IMG/VR virus record: IMGVR_UViG_3300035181_000471
Coordinates: 1-64,000 of that record
Length of the DNA: 64,000 nt
Direction: 5' to 3' (one strand)
Position numbers and translations under genes: made by a program. Each line of letters starts with the position of its first letter. Positions within the stretch are counted from its first letter, which is position 1. Below, piece by piece: positions 49,204-57,486 of this stretch. The notes under the pieces are model-generated. The model searched no databases. It was given only the letters and a program-made list of their open reading frames with translations, and was not told where the DNA came from.

Positions 49204-49697
49204 TACCCCGCCTGGACGATTTTCTGAGTGTGGGCTTCAATCTTCCAAAGCCACTTCTCAGCCTCTCTCGCTAGTTCAATGCAAATATCATTAGTGGAGG
49301 GGTCTTCCTGACTAACCTGGACACCTGCTAAATACTGAGCGGCAACACCCTCACCCATTTCCATAATACTGATTAGAAGGGTCATTTCGTCACCTATCAT
49401 GGGACCGCCAGCGGGATTAGCTATGGCCTGACCATCAAGCTGAACAATTCTCTCGGCTATTAGGTCAGCGGCGTCAATAAGAAAGTCGTAAAAGCCTCCA
49501 AATAGCTCGTGTAGAGAGCCAAAGTTCTCCCCCTTGGCATTCCAGTGGGCTTCCTGAGTGCGATTAGCTAGAGATAGAGTAGAGGTCAAAGCAGCCTGAA
49601 GCGCCTGTAGGACGGCTGGGGTATTTGGAAATAGTTCAGATAAAGACATAGTTACTCCTGTTCCTACTACAGAATCAGATATTTCGTTTTCGTACAT
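49203..49697 (-). CDS. dps: Dps/ferritin-like DNA protection protein
   Basis: HWN.KG.NF..LHELF and D.IAERI. Confidence 0.9.
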   Translation of the reverse strand: MYENEISDSVVGTGVTMSLSELFPNTPAVLQALQAALTSTLSLANRTQEAHWNAKGENFGSLHELFGGFYDFLIDAADLIAERIVQLDGQAIANPAGGPMIGDEMTLLISIMEMGEGVAAQYLAGVQVSQEDPSTNDICIELAREAEKWLWKIEAHTQKIVQAG

Positions 49698-49745
49698 GAC
49701 GCACGACCCCCATGAAGAGGGCCGTGCGTTTAAGGAGGGAGCTAA

Positions 49746-50162
49746 TTAGGCTCCGATGATTCCAGCGGCAGTTAGGTCTGCGATTAGGGCTAGAAGAGCA
49801 TTGTTGGTTGCGCCCTGAGTAGAGGCGGTGGAAGTCAATCCGGCTCTAGCAGAAGCGAACTGACCAGCGGTCCAACCAGTTATGGCGGTCCAACCAGCGG
49901 CAACACCCTTTCCACCGGGGACCCCAGAGAAAGTGGTATTGGCAGTTAGCCAGCCAGCGGTCACTAGGGCGGTAGCCTGTGCGGAGGTGAGGGGGAAAGA
50001 TGGACCAGTCTGGACGCCAGAACGGTATAGGGTTCCTACCTTGGAAACGGAGTCAAGAATGACTACATCATTGATGTCGCCAGCGATATCACCAGTAGAA
50101 TTGTCCTGTGGGGTAGCGGCGAAGTGAACTTTCTGAGCAAGAGTGTAAGCAGTAATAGCCAT
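49746..50162 (-). CDS. virion decoration/head-fibre-like protein
   Basis: A/T/G-rich; C-terminal NALLALIADL.AAGII. Confidence 0.55.
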   Translation of the reverse strand: MAITAYTLAQKVHFAATPQDNSTGDIAGDINDVVILDSVSKVGTLYRSGVQTGPSFPLTSAQATALVTAGWLTANTTFSGVPGGKGVAAGWTAITGWTAGQFASARAGLTSTASTQGATNNALLALIADLTAAGIIGA

Positions 50163-50201
50163 GAATGGTCTCCCTTATACTATGGAGTATAGAAGTTTCT
50201 T

Positions 50202-51101
50202 TTATTTTTTACTTAAGCTGATTTCCTTTTGCTTTTGAGCCACCGGATTACCCTCCGTCTTAAGGATGGCATCGAAACAAACTATGCTGTCTTCTACTCT
50301 ACCAAGATCTCGTAAGGCCATTCCAGCCGCCAAATAAATAACAGCCGGAGCCTCCCCCCCAGAGAGTTGAAGGTAGCTTTTTACGGCTTTCATTACTATT
50401 TGTGGTTCCCCGGCTATCAAAGCCTGCTGAGCCACATTATACCATGATCTAGTGCTTGGATTGAGTTCGCTCTCTTTTAGGGCTAAATCTAGGTAAAAGG
50501 CAGATTTAGCTATCTCTTTTTCAAACAGCATCTTGCCAGCATGATGAATAACTGCGTCTGTCTCCCCTATTCTCAACTTGTGAGCTAGGAAATAGTCATC
50601 CACTGTTTCGTGTATATGGCCGGAGTAAACGCCTTTGATGTTTCTGAATAGCCTGATGGCATTGTGAACACCGTAGAATTCGTAGCATCCTCCAATGATT
50701 TCCTTTCCAAAATTGGGGTTATCATGGATGGTCTTATCCATAAAAAGCATGTCTTTGGTAGGTAAGTAATTCCAAATTGGGATATTTAGAGCATCGTAAT
50801 CGGAGTTTATAGACTTCAAAATCTTAGCATGATCCGAAGAGTCAATAGCTTCATCAGCGTCCAATACCAAAACCCAGTCGGAAGTGCAATGATCTAGACT
50901 TTCATTTCTAGCCTTGGCGAAGTCATTACACCAGGGGAAGTCAAAAACCTTAGCTCCAACGCTCTTAGCAATAAGTTTGGTGTGGTCTATTGATCCTGTA
51001 TCTACTACGACTATTTCATCAACCAAACCTCGGACGGAGGTAAGGCAGTCCCCTATGATATGCTCCTCGTTCTTTGCAATCATAGCTAGGGATAGGGTCA
51101 T
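50202..51101 (-). CDS. GT2 glycosyltransferase with TPR tail
   Basis: MIAKNEE, VDTGS.D, DF..ARN, LDADE, IHE; start trimmed (ATGA overlap). Confidence 0.92.
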   Translation of the reverse strand: MTLSLAMIAKNEEHIIGDCLTSVRGLVDEIVVVDTGSIDHTKLIAKSVGAKVFDFPWCNDFAKARNESLDHCTSDWVLVLDADEAIDSSDHAKILKSINSDYDALNIPIWNYLPTKDMLFMDKTIHDNPNFGKEIIGGCYEFYGVHNAIRLFRNIKGVYSGHIHETVDDYFLAHKLRIGETDAVIHHAGKMLFEKEIAKSAFYLDLALKESELNPSTRSWYNVAQQALIAGEPQIVMKAVKSYLQLSGGEAPAVIYLAAGMALRDLGRVEDSIVCFDAILKTEGNPVAQKQKEISLSKK

Positions 51102-52207
51102 AACTGGCCTACTCCGTGTAGGGTAGAGATCTGACGGTTCACCTTGACAAAGGTGGCGCACTTTGGTAGATCCTTCAGGGATAGAGCGCCGGAGTAGGTG
51201 CAGGCTGATCTGAGACCACCGAGAAGATCCTGAATGGTGGGTTCTACTGGCCCCTTATAGGGGACTCGTAGCACTCGGCCCTCACTGGCTCGATAGTTCT
51301 TTAGTGAACTACCGTGGGCCTCTTGAGCCTTCTTTGAACTCATGCCATAGAACTCTACGAACTGTTGCATATCAATTCTTTCATGATACTTCGGAGTGTC
51401 TAGGCCAGTTAATGAGCCAGTAACGGTGGTATTTCCGATGACATTGCTCTTAACTAATTCGTGAGTCACCTTCCCGCCACCTTCGGTGTGACCCGCAAAC
51501 ATAGTTCCGATCATAACAAAGTCAGCGCCAGCGGCGAATGCTTTAGCGGCATCCCCCGGAGAAGTAATTCCACCATCACCCACAATCCAACCACCGATTC
51601 CGTGAGCGGCGTCAGCGCATTCAATGATAGCCGATAGCTGAGGGTAGCCGACTCCGGTCTTGATGCGAGTTGAACAGGCATTCCCAGGTCCAATGCCCAC
51701 CTTAACAATGTCTGCACCGTCTAGGAGAAGTTGATTGGTCATGTCTGGAGTAGCTACATTTCCCGCCATTAAAATAATGTGGGGATACTTGTCTCTGAAT
51801 CTCTTAATGAAGTCCGAGAATTTGCTAGTGTAGCCGTTAGCTACATCTACACAGACAAAGTTAGCACGAACCTGATCATACTTTTCTACATCCTCAGCGG
51901 TCATCCCCATGCTGTAGATTGCGTAGTCTGAGGACGGAGTTTTATAGAATAGCTTCAGTTCATTTACATCATAGTGCTTGGTTAGGCAGGTAGAAATACA
52001 CTGGTTGCCTAGAGCTTCGGCCATTTCAAATGTTCCTACTCCGTCCATGTTGGCGGCAACAATAGGAATCCCACAGAAGCTCAAATCACTATGTTTGAAT
52101 TGGAAGGTGCGTTGGAGGACTACCTCAGATCTGGATTCTAGCTCGGATCTTTTTGGAACAAGTAAGACATCAGCAAAATCTAGCTTTACATCTTCAATAA
52201 TTCTCAT
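51098..52207 (-). CDS. guaC: GMP reductase
   Basis: DVLL.PKRS.L.SRS, AANMDGVG, DVANGY, KVGIGPG..C.TR, YGMSS, YRASEG. Confidence 0.95.
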   Translation of the reverse strand: MRIIEDVKLDFADVLLVPKRSELESRSEVVLQRTFQFKHSDLSFCGIPIVAANMDGVGTFEMAEALGNQCISTCLTKHYDVNELKLFYKTPSSDYAIYSMGMTAEDVEKYDQVRANFVCVDVANGYTSKFSDFIKRFRDKYPHIILMAGNVATPDMTNQLLLDGADIVKVGIGPGNACSTRIKTGVGYPQLSAIIECADAAHGIGGWIVGDGGITSPGDAAKAFAAGADFVMIGTMFAGHTEGGGKVTHELVKSNVIGNTTVTGSLTGLDTPKYHERIDMQQFVEFYGMSSKKAQEAHGSSLKNYRASEGRVLRVPYKGPVEPTIQDLLGGLRSACTYSGALSLKDLPKCATFVKVNRQISTLHGVGQL

Positions 52208-52698
52208 GAAAATTTCCCTTGATTACAGAGAGCAACAAGCTCGTTGATGGTGGTCATAGCGGATTTATGAAGTATACCATGGCCCCCTTTAGCCTTCCAT
52301 TGAGCAATGTTCTTTTCATTGTCATCAATGAGGATATCACCGGGGGTGCAATGCTTCTGTTTGTCAATAGCGTATGGTCCAATATTGAACTCTACCCACT
52401 CACCAAGATTAACCCTTACCCACTCAGCCTTATCTGCTTCTGCGGTAGGGATTGACACTCTACGAGGAATTCCTGTAAGGATTCGTGGCTCATAGCCATG
52501 AACAACGAGATAGCCCCATAATTCTCCGGCATCAGGCATGGGCTTAAGCTGACGGTAGAACCCGGCACCGTTGCTGTTCTTTATCAAAAGATCCCACATT
52601 TCCTGATCTGATACCTCATTTGGATAGCGTCCTGTTAGGTGTTTAAAGCCATTGTCATAATCTGCTACCACACCATCTAGGTCTACGAATGTTTTCAT
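52204..52698 (-). CDS. HAD 5'(3')-deoxyribonucleotidase
   Basis: DLDGV.AD, K..W, ILIDD...N...W. Confidence 0.88.
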   Translation of the reverse strand: MKTFVDLDGVVADYDNGFKHLTGRYPNEVSDQEMWDLLIKNSNGAGFYRQLKPMPDAGELWGYLVVHGYEPRILTGIPRRVSIPTAEADKAEWVRVNLGEWVEFNIGPYAIDKQKHCTPGDILIDDNEKNIAQWKAKGGHGILHKSAMTTINELVALCNQGKFS

Positions 52699-52792
52699 TT
52701 CACTCTCCAGTTACTATTACTTGTTTTCAGTTACTTTCATTGAAGTAAAAAAATAGATGGACTACGAACATGAATTGTAAGGGAGATTTTCA

Positions 52793-53536
52793 ATGAGAAA
52801 ATATACTTGGAAACCAGACATACCAGATTTTAGAGATCGTGCCTACAGCACAGTAGCTCCGACTGTTCTGCCGCCTTCGATAGACCTGAGGGCGTCATTT
52901 CCACCTTGTTATGATCAGGGTCAGCTAGGTTCATGCACAAGCAATGCTATCGCAGGAGATTGTGAATTTAATATGATTTTGCAGAAAGAGGACTCGTTTA
53001 CCCCTGCAAGACTGGGAATTTACTACTTAGAAAGAAGGCTAGAGGGGACTGTAAATCAGGATTCCGGGGCTCAGATCCGTGATGGAATTAAAGTTGTGGC
53101 TAAATATGGAGTATGGCCAGAAACGATGCAGCCCTACAATATTACCAAATTCAAAAAGGCACCCACAAATGCTATGTTGAAAATTGGGGCCACTCACCAA
53201 GCCCTCACTTACGAAAGATTAGATGGGAGTCTTCTTCAGATGAAGACTCGTTTGGCCTCGGGATTTCCTTTTGTCTTCGGGTTCACTGTATATGAGTCTT
53301 TTGAGTCTGCCACGGTTGCTAAGACAGGCATCGTCCCAATGCCCAAACCCACTGAAAGTGTTCTAGGAGGCCACGCTGTTTTGGCTGTTGGATATGATGA
53401 TTCCAAAAATGCGGTCCTGGTTAGAAATTCCTGGGGTTCTGGGTGGGGACTAAACGGCTATTTCTGGCTACCATATGATTACATCACTAATCCCAATTTA
53501 GCAGATGATATGTGGGCCATTTCCAGGATGAAGTAA
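52793..53536 (+). CDS. papain-like C1A cysteine protease (xylellain-like)
   Basis: DQG.LGSC, GGHAV..VGY, RNSWG..WG..GY. Confidence 0.93.
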   Translation: MRKYTWKPDIPDFRDRAYSTVAPTVLPPSIDLRASFPPCYDQGQLGSCTSNAIAGDCEFNMILQKEDSFTPARLGIYYLERRLEGTVNQDSGAQIRDGIKVVAKYGVWPETMQPYNITKFKKAPTNAMLKIGATHQALTYERLDGSLLQMKTRLASGFPFVFGFTVYESFESATVAKTGIVPMPKPTESVLGGHAVLAVGYDDSKNAVLVRNSWGSGWGLNGYFWLPYDYITNPNLADDMWAISRMK

Positions 53537-53561
53537 TTACTTTATACAGCTTTGAATGGAC

Positions 53562-53610
53562 CAAGTGTCCCTGACTCGGGTGTCGGTTAATCTGGAGTCA
53601 GGGACACTTG
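53562..53610. terminator. 16-bp perfect inverted repeat between convergent units
   Basis: CAAGTGTCCCTGACTC / GAGTCAGGGACACTTG. Confidence 0.7.
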
Positions 53611-53654
53611 ATTTTTAGTTGAGAATTTCATGACGGCCCCACTATTTATAGAAT

Positions 53655-53729
53655 TGGCGGGGGATGAGAGATTCGAACTCCCAGGCGTGGATTTGGAGTC
53701 CACTCGTTTAGCCATTAACGGAATCCCCC
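53655..53729 (-). tRNA. tRNA-Trp(CCA)
   Basis: Cloverleaf, loop CT CCA AA, G73, CCA. Confidence 0.9.
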
Positions 53730-53754
53730 GTAACTAAATAAGAATAACATGAAT

Positions 53755-53829
53755 TGGAGCCTAAGGAGGGAGTTGAACCCTCTTTCCATCCTTACCAAAG
53801 ATGTGTAATAGCCGTTATACTACAGAGGC
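53755..53829 (-). tRNA. tRNA-Thr(GGT), two acceptor mismatches
   Basis: Loop TT GGT AA; acceptor GCCTCTG/CTTAGGC. Confidence 0.8.
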
Positions 53830-53835
53830 ATTGAG

Positions 53836-53856
53836 GTGAGGGGACTGCCCCCTCAC
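53836..53856 (-). terminator. GC-rich hairpin after the Pth-like gene
   Basis: GTGAGGGG/CCCCTCAC. Confidence 0.5.
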
Positions 53857-53862
53857 TAGGGA

Positions 53863-54474
53863 TTACAGAAGTTCGAAGTTTCTGTGGTACCAGAAACCGT
53901 CTTGGAAAGTGTTCATAATGGCAACAGCGGTAATCTTGTTGTCCATGTCTGGCTCTCTCCAAATTGTTTTGTATTCGCCAGGACCAGTCTTCCCAGAGAG
54001 ATCTTTGCTACTGGCGTAAGGACTAGTGTCCTTTTTAGGAGTCATTAGGATGAGAGTCCCATTGGTCCAAGGAGCGAGTGGATGCTCCTTTTGAAACTGT
54101 GCGGCGGCGTGACTAGCCTGGACAACCTTTTGTGAGGTCGAGAGACTTGGATCGACAACGATGTAAAGCTTTTTGGCTCCAGGGTTGTTGAGGTAGGTCT
54201 TGAAGTGTTGAATCCCGGCCTGCATTGGGGCTAGAAGGGCCTTGTATTCTCTTTGCTTGCCTTCGGTATAGGGTAGGGTCTCACAAGGGCCTTTAGCCTT
54301 GTGTCCCGCTAATCCGCGAATCAGAGCGCGATGCTCACTGAGAGCGATATGGAGCATTCTGATTTCGGTTCTAAGGCCACCTTGCTTCTTGTGCTTTTCG
54401 ATAAGCAGTCTGAGCAAGAGTCTAGCGTTGAAGTAAGCTTCTTTTTGTTCCTGAGTGTAAGTGACATAAGCCAT
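53863..54474 (-). CDS. Pth2-like peptidyl-tRNA hydrolase with N-terminal extension
   Basis: KLYIVV...LS..Q...Q.SHA and WREPD....TAVA; start trimmed to MAYV. Confidence 0.72.
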   Translation of the reverse strand: MAYVTYTQEQKEAYFNARLLLRLLIEKHKKQGGLRTEIRMLHIALSEHRALIRGLAGHKAKGPCETLPYTEGKQREYKALLAPMQAGIQHFKTYLNNPGAKKLYIVVDPSLSTSQKVVQASHAAAQFQKEHPLAPWTNGTLILMTPKKDTSPYASSKDLSGKTGPGEYKTIWREPDMDNKITAVAIMNTFQDGFWYHRNFELL

Positions 54475-54551
54475 GTTTTTCTCCTTTAGAATGGTTGGCT
54501 GGTTTGTTAGCGGCAACTTCTAAGGATGGCTTATGGTGAGCGTGATGGCAC

Positions 54552-54575
54552 CTAGAGGTGATTTCTCCCGGTCAT
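54552..54575 (-). promoter_or_regulatory. uORF MTGRNHL-amber upstream of the Pth-like gene
   Basis: AAGGAG-N6-ATG, TAG stop; next in-frame stop TAA at 54531. Confidence 0.5.
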
Positions 54576-54602
54576 ATTATACTCCTTTATGGTTAAGTAA
54601 AA

Positions 54603-54680
54603 TGGTGCCCTCGGAGGAATTCGAATCCCCGATCAAGGTTTTAGAGACCCCAGCTTTAGGCCAGACTAAGCTACGAGGGC
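54603..54680 (-). tRNA. amber suppressor tRNA (anticodon CTA)
   Basis: Perfect acceptor GCCCTCG/CGAGGGC, A73, loop CT CTA AA, TTCGAAT, CCA. Confidence 0.88.
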
Positions 54681-54687
54681 TAGTAAC

Positions 54688-55050
54688 CTAGACTTCTGGG
54701 ATGATTAGAGGCTCAATCTGGCTTAGATCATTGGGAGTCAACTTGACATCACCAAAGGCGGCAAGAGGGAGTGGTTCGAAGGGGACTTCAATCTCAGTGG
54801 TTAGAAGCTCGGTCATTGCGGCGGTAAAACCAGGACCATCTTCAGGTGAAAAGACGAACTGGGTCTTGTCATCATTCAACACACCGTTGAACTTCTCAAT
54901 GAGCTTCTGTCTTTCCGTGTCGAAAGTAGCCATCTCAGCGATCAGCACCTTGGCTAAACGAGAGATCTGGTATGATGTCTTAGTAGGGAACACCTTGTCG
55001 TAAATGGTTGAACCTAGAATGGACTGAATTTCTTGAATCTTTAGCTTCAT
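54688..55050 (-). CDS. hypothetical phage protein (DUF1617-like)
   Basis: P.K.SY.ISRL.K....E...F..ER.KLI.K pattern. Confidence 0.6.
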   Translation of the reverse strand: MKLKIQEIQSILGSTIYDKVFPTKTSYQISRLAKVLIAEMATFDTERQKLIEKFNGVLNDDKTQFVFSPEDGPGFTAAMTELLTTEIEVPFEPLPLAAFGDVKLTPNDLSQIEPLIIPEV

Positions 55051-55075
55051 GTTAACTCCTAAAATATGATACTGC

Positions 55076-55573
55076 TTAAACTGGTCTTTCTGGTCTCATA
55101 CCTTTAAATTTCTCTGGGTATGTTTTCAAAAGGAATTTTCTGGTTTCGGCTTCTTGCTTAAGCGCGCTTTTTTCAAGAGTTCGATCTTTCCAAGGAAGGT
55201 CTTTCTCTTCGTCTACAATGGAGATAAATCTATCAACTCCAAAAACTATATATGCATCGAAGGCGTGGTCTAGTTCGTGAGCGATAATTGGTTCAAGTTT
55301 TTCACGCTTCAAATTGATCTCGTTCCAGTCGAAAGTAATCTCGGCTCTATCATGGAAAATGGCGGTCTGGGCTAGTGTGTTACCCTTTAAATCCCCGATC
55401 TTCCAAGTGATAGGCACGGGAATGGCCTTTAATCTGGCGTTATCAGCGGGTGATAGCTGAAGTAGAGTTTCTAAAGCGGTCTGAATTTGTTGCTGTGGAG
55501 TAGGCTGAGGCTTACAAGTCACTAAAAGAAGGACCGTAAGGGTCGCCAGACATAGCTTGCTGAGTGTGTGCAT
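55076..55573 (-). CDS. putative lipoprotein with HExxH motif
   Basis: LLVTC lipobox; IAHELDH...LE..A. Confidence 0.6.
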   Translation of the reverse strand: MHTLSKLCLATLTVLLLVTCKPQPTPQQQIQTALETLLQLSPADNARLKAIPVPITWKIGDLKGNTLAQTAIFHDRAEITFDWNEINLKREKLEPIIAHELDHAFDAYIVFGVDRFISIVDEEKDLPWKDRTLEKSALKQEAETRKFLLKTYPEKFKGMRPERPV

Positions 55574-55613
55574 ATGAGCCTCAACATAGAAATAGAAATT
55601 AGTTATTTTTTTT

Positions 55614-55699
55614 TGGCGGAAGCGATAGGAATTGAACCTACAACCCTGTTACGGGCGACAGTTTTCGAGACTGCTTGTCATGCCAGTGACCACGCTTCC
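55614..55699 (-). tRNA. tRNA-Ser(CGA)
   Basis: Loop CT CGA AA, long V arm, G73. Confidence 0.9.
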
Positions 55700-55705
55700 G
55701 TGATA

Positions 55706-55888
55706 TTGTGACTCCACCGGACACGGTATTTCGCGCCAACCTAGTCCGAATCGAACGGATTATAGCCCCGAAAAGCTCTTTGGTTCTCCCGTAAGGAGTC
55801 AAGGCGTGAATGGACTTAGGAGGTCTGAATCGCATCTTATAGCCGTCTGCTAAACTGCATCTATTCAGTTCGTTCGTTCAGGTCACAA
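55706..55888 (-). ncRNA. unknown structured RNA, about 183 nt
   Basis: Terminal TTGTGAC/GTCACAA helix, internal hairpins including TCCG-TTCGATT-CGGA; fills the tRNA spacer. Confidence 0.55.
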
Positions 55889-55890
55889 AT

Positions 55891-55964
55891 TGGAGCGGGA
55901 TAGGGGGCTTGAACCCCTGACACTAGCTCGGCAAGCTAAAGTTTTACCACTAAACTAATCCCGC
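55891..55964 (-). tRNA. tRNA-Gly(GCC)
   Basis: Loop TT GCC GA, U73. Confidence 0.9.
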
Positions 55965-55966
55965 AA

Positions 55967-56054
55967 TGGCGGAAGATAAGGGAATCGAACCCTTTAGGCT
56001 GTTATACCTTCACTTTAGCAAAGTGACGCACCTCTCCAACTGTGCCGATCTTCC
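55967..56054 (-). tRNA. tRNA-Ser(GCT)
   Basis: Loop TT GCT AA, long V arm. Confidence 0.9.
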
Positions 56055-56060
56055 ATGATT

Positions 56061-56138
56061 TGGTAATCCCAGCGGGATTTGAACCCGCATTCTCACCTTG
56101 AGAGGGTGGCGTCCTGGCCTGAGTTAGACGATGGGACT
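56061..56138 (-). tRNA. tRNA-Glu(CTC)
   Basis: Loop CT CTC AA. Confidence 0.88.
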
Positions 56139-56142
56139 GTCG

Positions 56143-56964
56143 TTACTGGTGTATCTTGTGTCGCCTATCATTAAAGGAGAACTCAATATACTCTACTTTC
56201 TGGTTACCAGTGAATTTAGTCTTGAATTGTTCAATATATTTATTAGCTTTGCCCTTTTTGACATATGCTATTGTAGTATGAGGCGCATAGTCAGGGAATG
56301 AATTGGCGTTATCTGGGTAGACTTCATTGCAATAATCGAATAAATCCTGGAGTTCTGGACTCTTTTCAACCTTTATAATGAGAACATCGTATGGTGCATC
56401 AGCGGGAGTGAACTGGCTTAAACCTAACCACTCAACCGACTTGACTTCTAGGCTTGGGTTGAACTTGTCTGGTGTTTGGTCCTTAATTCCGTAGAGACAA
56501 GTAATGTGGGGGTAGTCCTCTTTTCCCTTGATCTCTCCATCGGTGTAGACATCCTCTGGATCAACACTTTCAACGAACTCTAGAATTTTCTTAGTGACCT
56601 CTGGAGCGTAAGTCAACTGCACTGTGCTGTAGTCGTAAGCGGCTTGCTTTGTAAGGAGTCTGGCGAAAAAGGTTAGGAACCCCTTTTTACCACCTTGGCC
56701 GTAAGCTCTATCGTGATCGCCTTGAACACTAAGAATGAACAAAACTCCTTCATCAACCTTACACACGGCTCTTATTCCTTGGGATACTCGGATGGAAAGG
56801 AAGCCTGGGTTAGACTTAATTGGTTCTAAGTGGGTTCCTGCCCCATCTCTTAGCTGTTGTTCAGTGGCCTCAGTGACTTTAATCCTCAGAGCATCAAGAA
56901 GACGCTTTATATTCGGATTCTTTTTTGCCTGTTTAGTAGCGTCTTTTCCAAGTTCCATTTGCAT
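56143..56964 (-). CDS. RelE/HigB-like domain fused to a 2H phosphoesterase (Acb1/T4 57B-like)
   Basis: N: HLEP....GFLSIRV..GIRAV.......H..Y; C: PHITCLYG and FPDY.PHTTIAY. Confidence 0.8.
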   Translation of the reverse strand: MQMELGKDATKQAKKNPNIKRLLDALRIKVTEATEQQLRDGAGTHLEPIKSNPGFLSIRVSQGIRAVCKVDEGVLFILSVQGDHDRAYGQGGKKGFLTFFARLLTKQAAYDYSTVQLTYAPEVTKKILEFVESVDPEDVYTDGEIKGKEDYPHITCLYGIKDQTPDKFNPSLEVKSVEWLGLSQFTPADAPYDVLIIKVEKSPELQDLFDYCNEVYPDNANSFPDYAPHTTIAYVKKGKANKYIEQFKTKFTGNQKVEYIEFSFNDRRHKIHQ

Positions 56965-56975
56965 GTAAAGCCCTC

Positions 56976-57131
56976 TTATTCAGCGATGTAGCCAGCCTTG
57001 CGAAGAGCCTGCTTACCGCCAGCCTTGCGAAGAGCCTTGTAATCTTCGATTTCCTTGTTGTAACGAGCAACCTGCTCAGCGGTCAGAACGATCTCAGGCT
57101 CAGCGGTCTTCTTGTTCTTTTCGTTGGTCAT
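56976..57131 (-). CDS. small basic protein, 51 aa, with an ALRKAG duplication
   Basis: Promoter copy plus GGAGG RBS; 20-bp direct repeat. Confidence 0.65.
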   Translation of the reverse strand: MTNEKNKKTAEPEIVLTAEQVARYNKEIEDYKALRKAGGKQALRKAGYIAE

Positions 57132-57147
57132 GTGTCCCTCCACTATT

Positions 57148-57178
57148 ATTATACCAGAGTTAAGTTGATTCTCTTACT
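57148..57178 (-). promoter_or_regulatory. putative phage promoter (AGTAAGAGAA-N13-GGTATAAT)
   Basis: Copy of the recurring motif. Confidence 0.6.
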
Positions 57179-57190
57179 AGAATTGAGAAG

Positions 57191-57358
57191 TTATTTGTTC
57201 CTGTGGGTCTTTTTCTTTCTGACCCCATGCCTAGGTTTGCGGGAAGCATTTTCATTGCGATGCCACTTGCAGTAGGGGCAACTGGCTTCTAGTTCTTTAT
57301 GCCTTTTGGCCCAGACCGTAGAGTTTTCGGTAGTGTCTAGTTCATTTTTGGCTTTCAT
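57191..57358 (-). CDS. small basic Zn-finger-like protein, 55 aa
   Basis: AGGAG RBS; CPYC..H; K/R-rich tail. Confidence 0.6.
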   Translation of the reverse strand: MKAKNELDTTENSTVWAKRHKELEASCPYCKWHRNENASRKPRHGVRKKKTHRNK

Positions 57359-57374
57359 AAAGCTCCTGGAATAA

Positions 57375-57465
57375 TGGGTCCGTCCTAGGGGAGTCGAACC
57401 CCTTGTGCGTAAAATTACGCTGTGGTTTAAAAGACCACGGCCTGAACCGTGCGGCAAAGGACGGA
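57375..57465 (-). tRNA. atypical tRNA, anticodon TTT (Lys), long variable arm, 8-bp acceptor
   Basis: GTGGT-CT TTT AA-ACCAC; V arm GCGTAA/TTACGC; TCCGTCCT/AGGACGGA. Confidence 0.8.
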
Positions 57466-57486
57466 TAATGGTGCTATTTGTGTTTT

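Noticed and set aside
55706-55888. tmRNA or RNase P RNA
   Set aside because: Too short, and it lacks the Ala acceptor/CCA and RNase P conserved motifs; kept only as an unknown ncRNA.
56991-57037. 20-bp direct repeat as an att site or operator
   Set aside because: It lies in frame (27-nt period) within a small ORF and simply duplicates ALRKAG.
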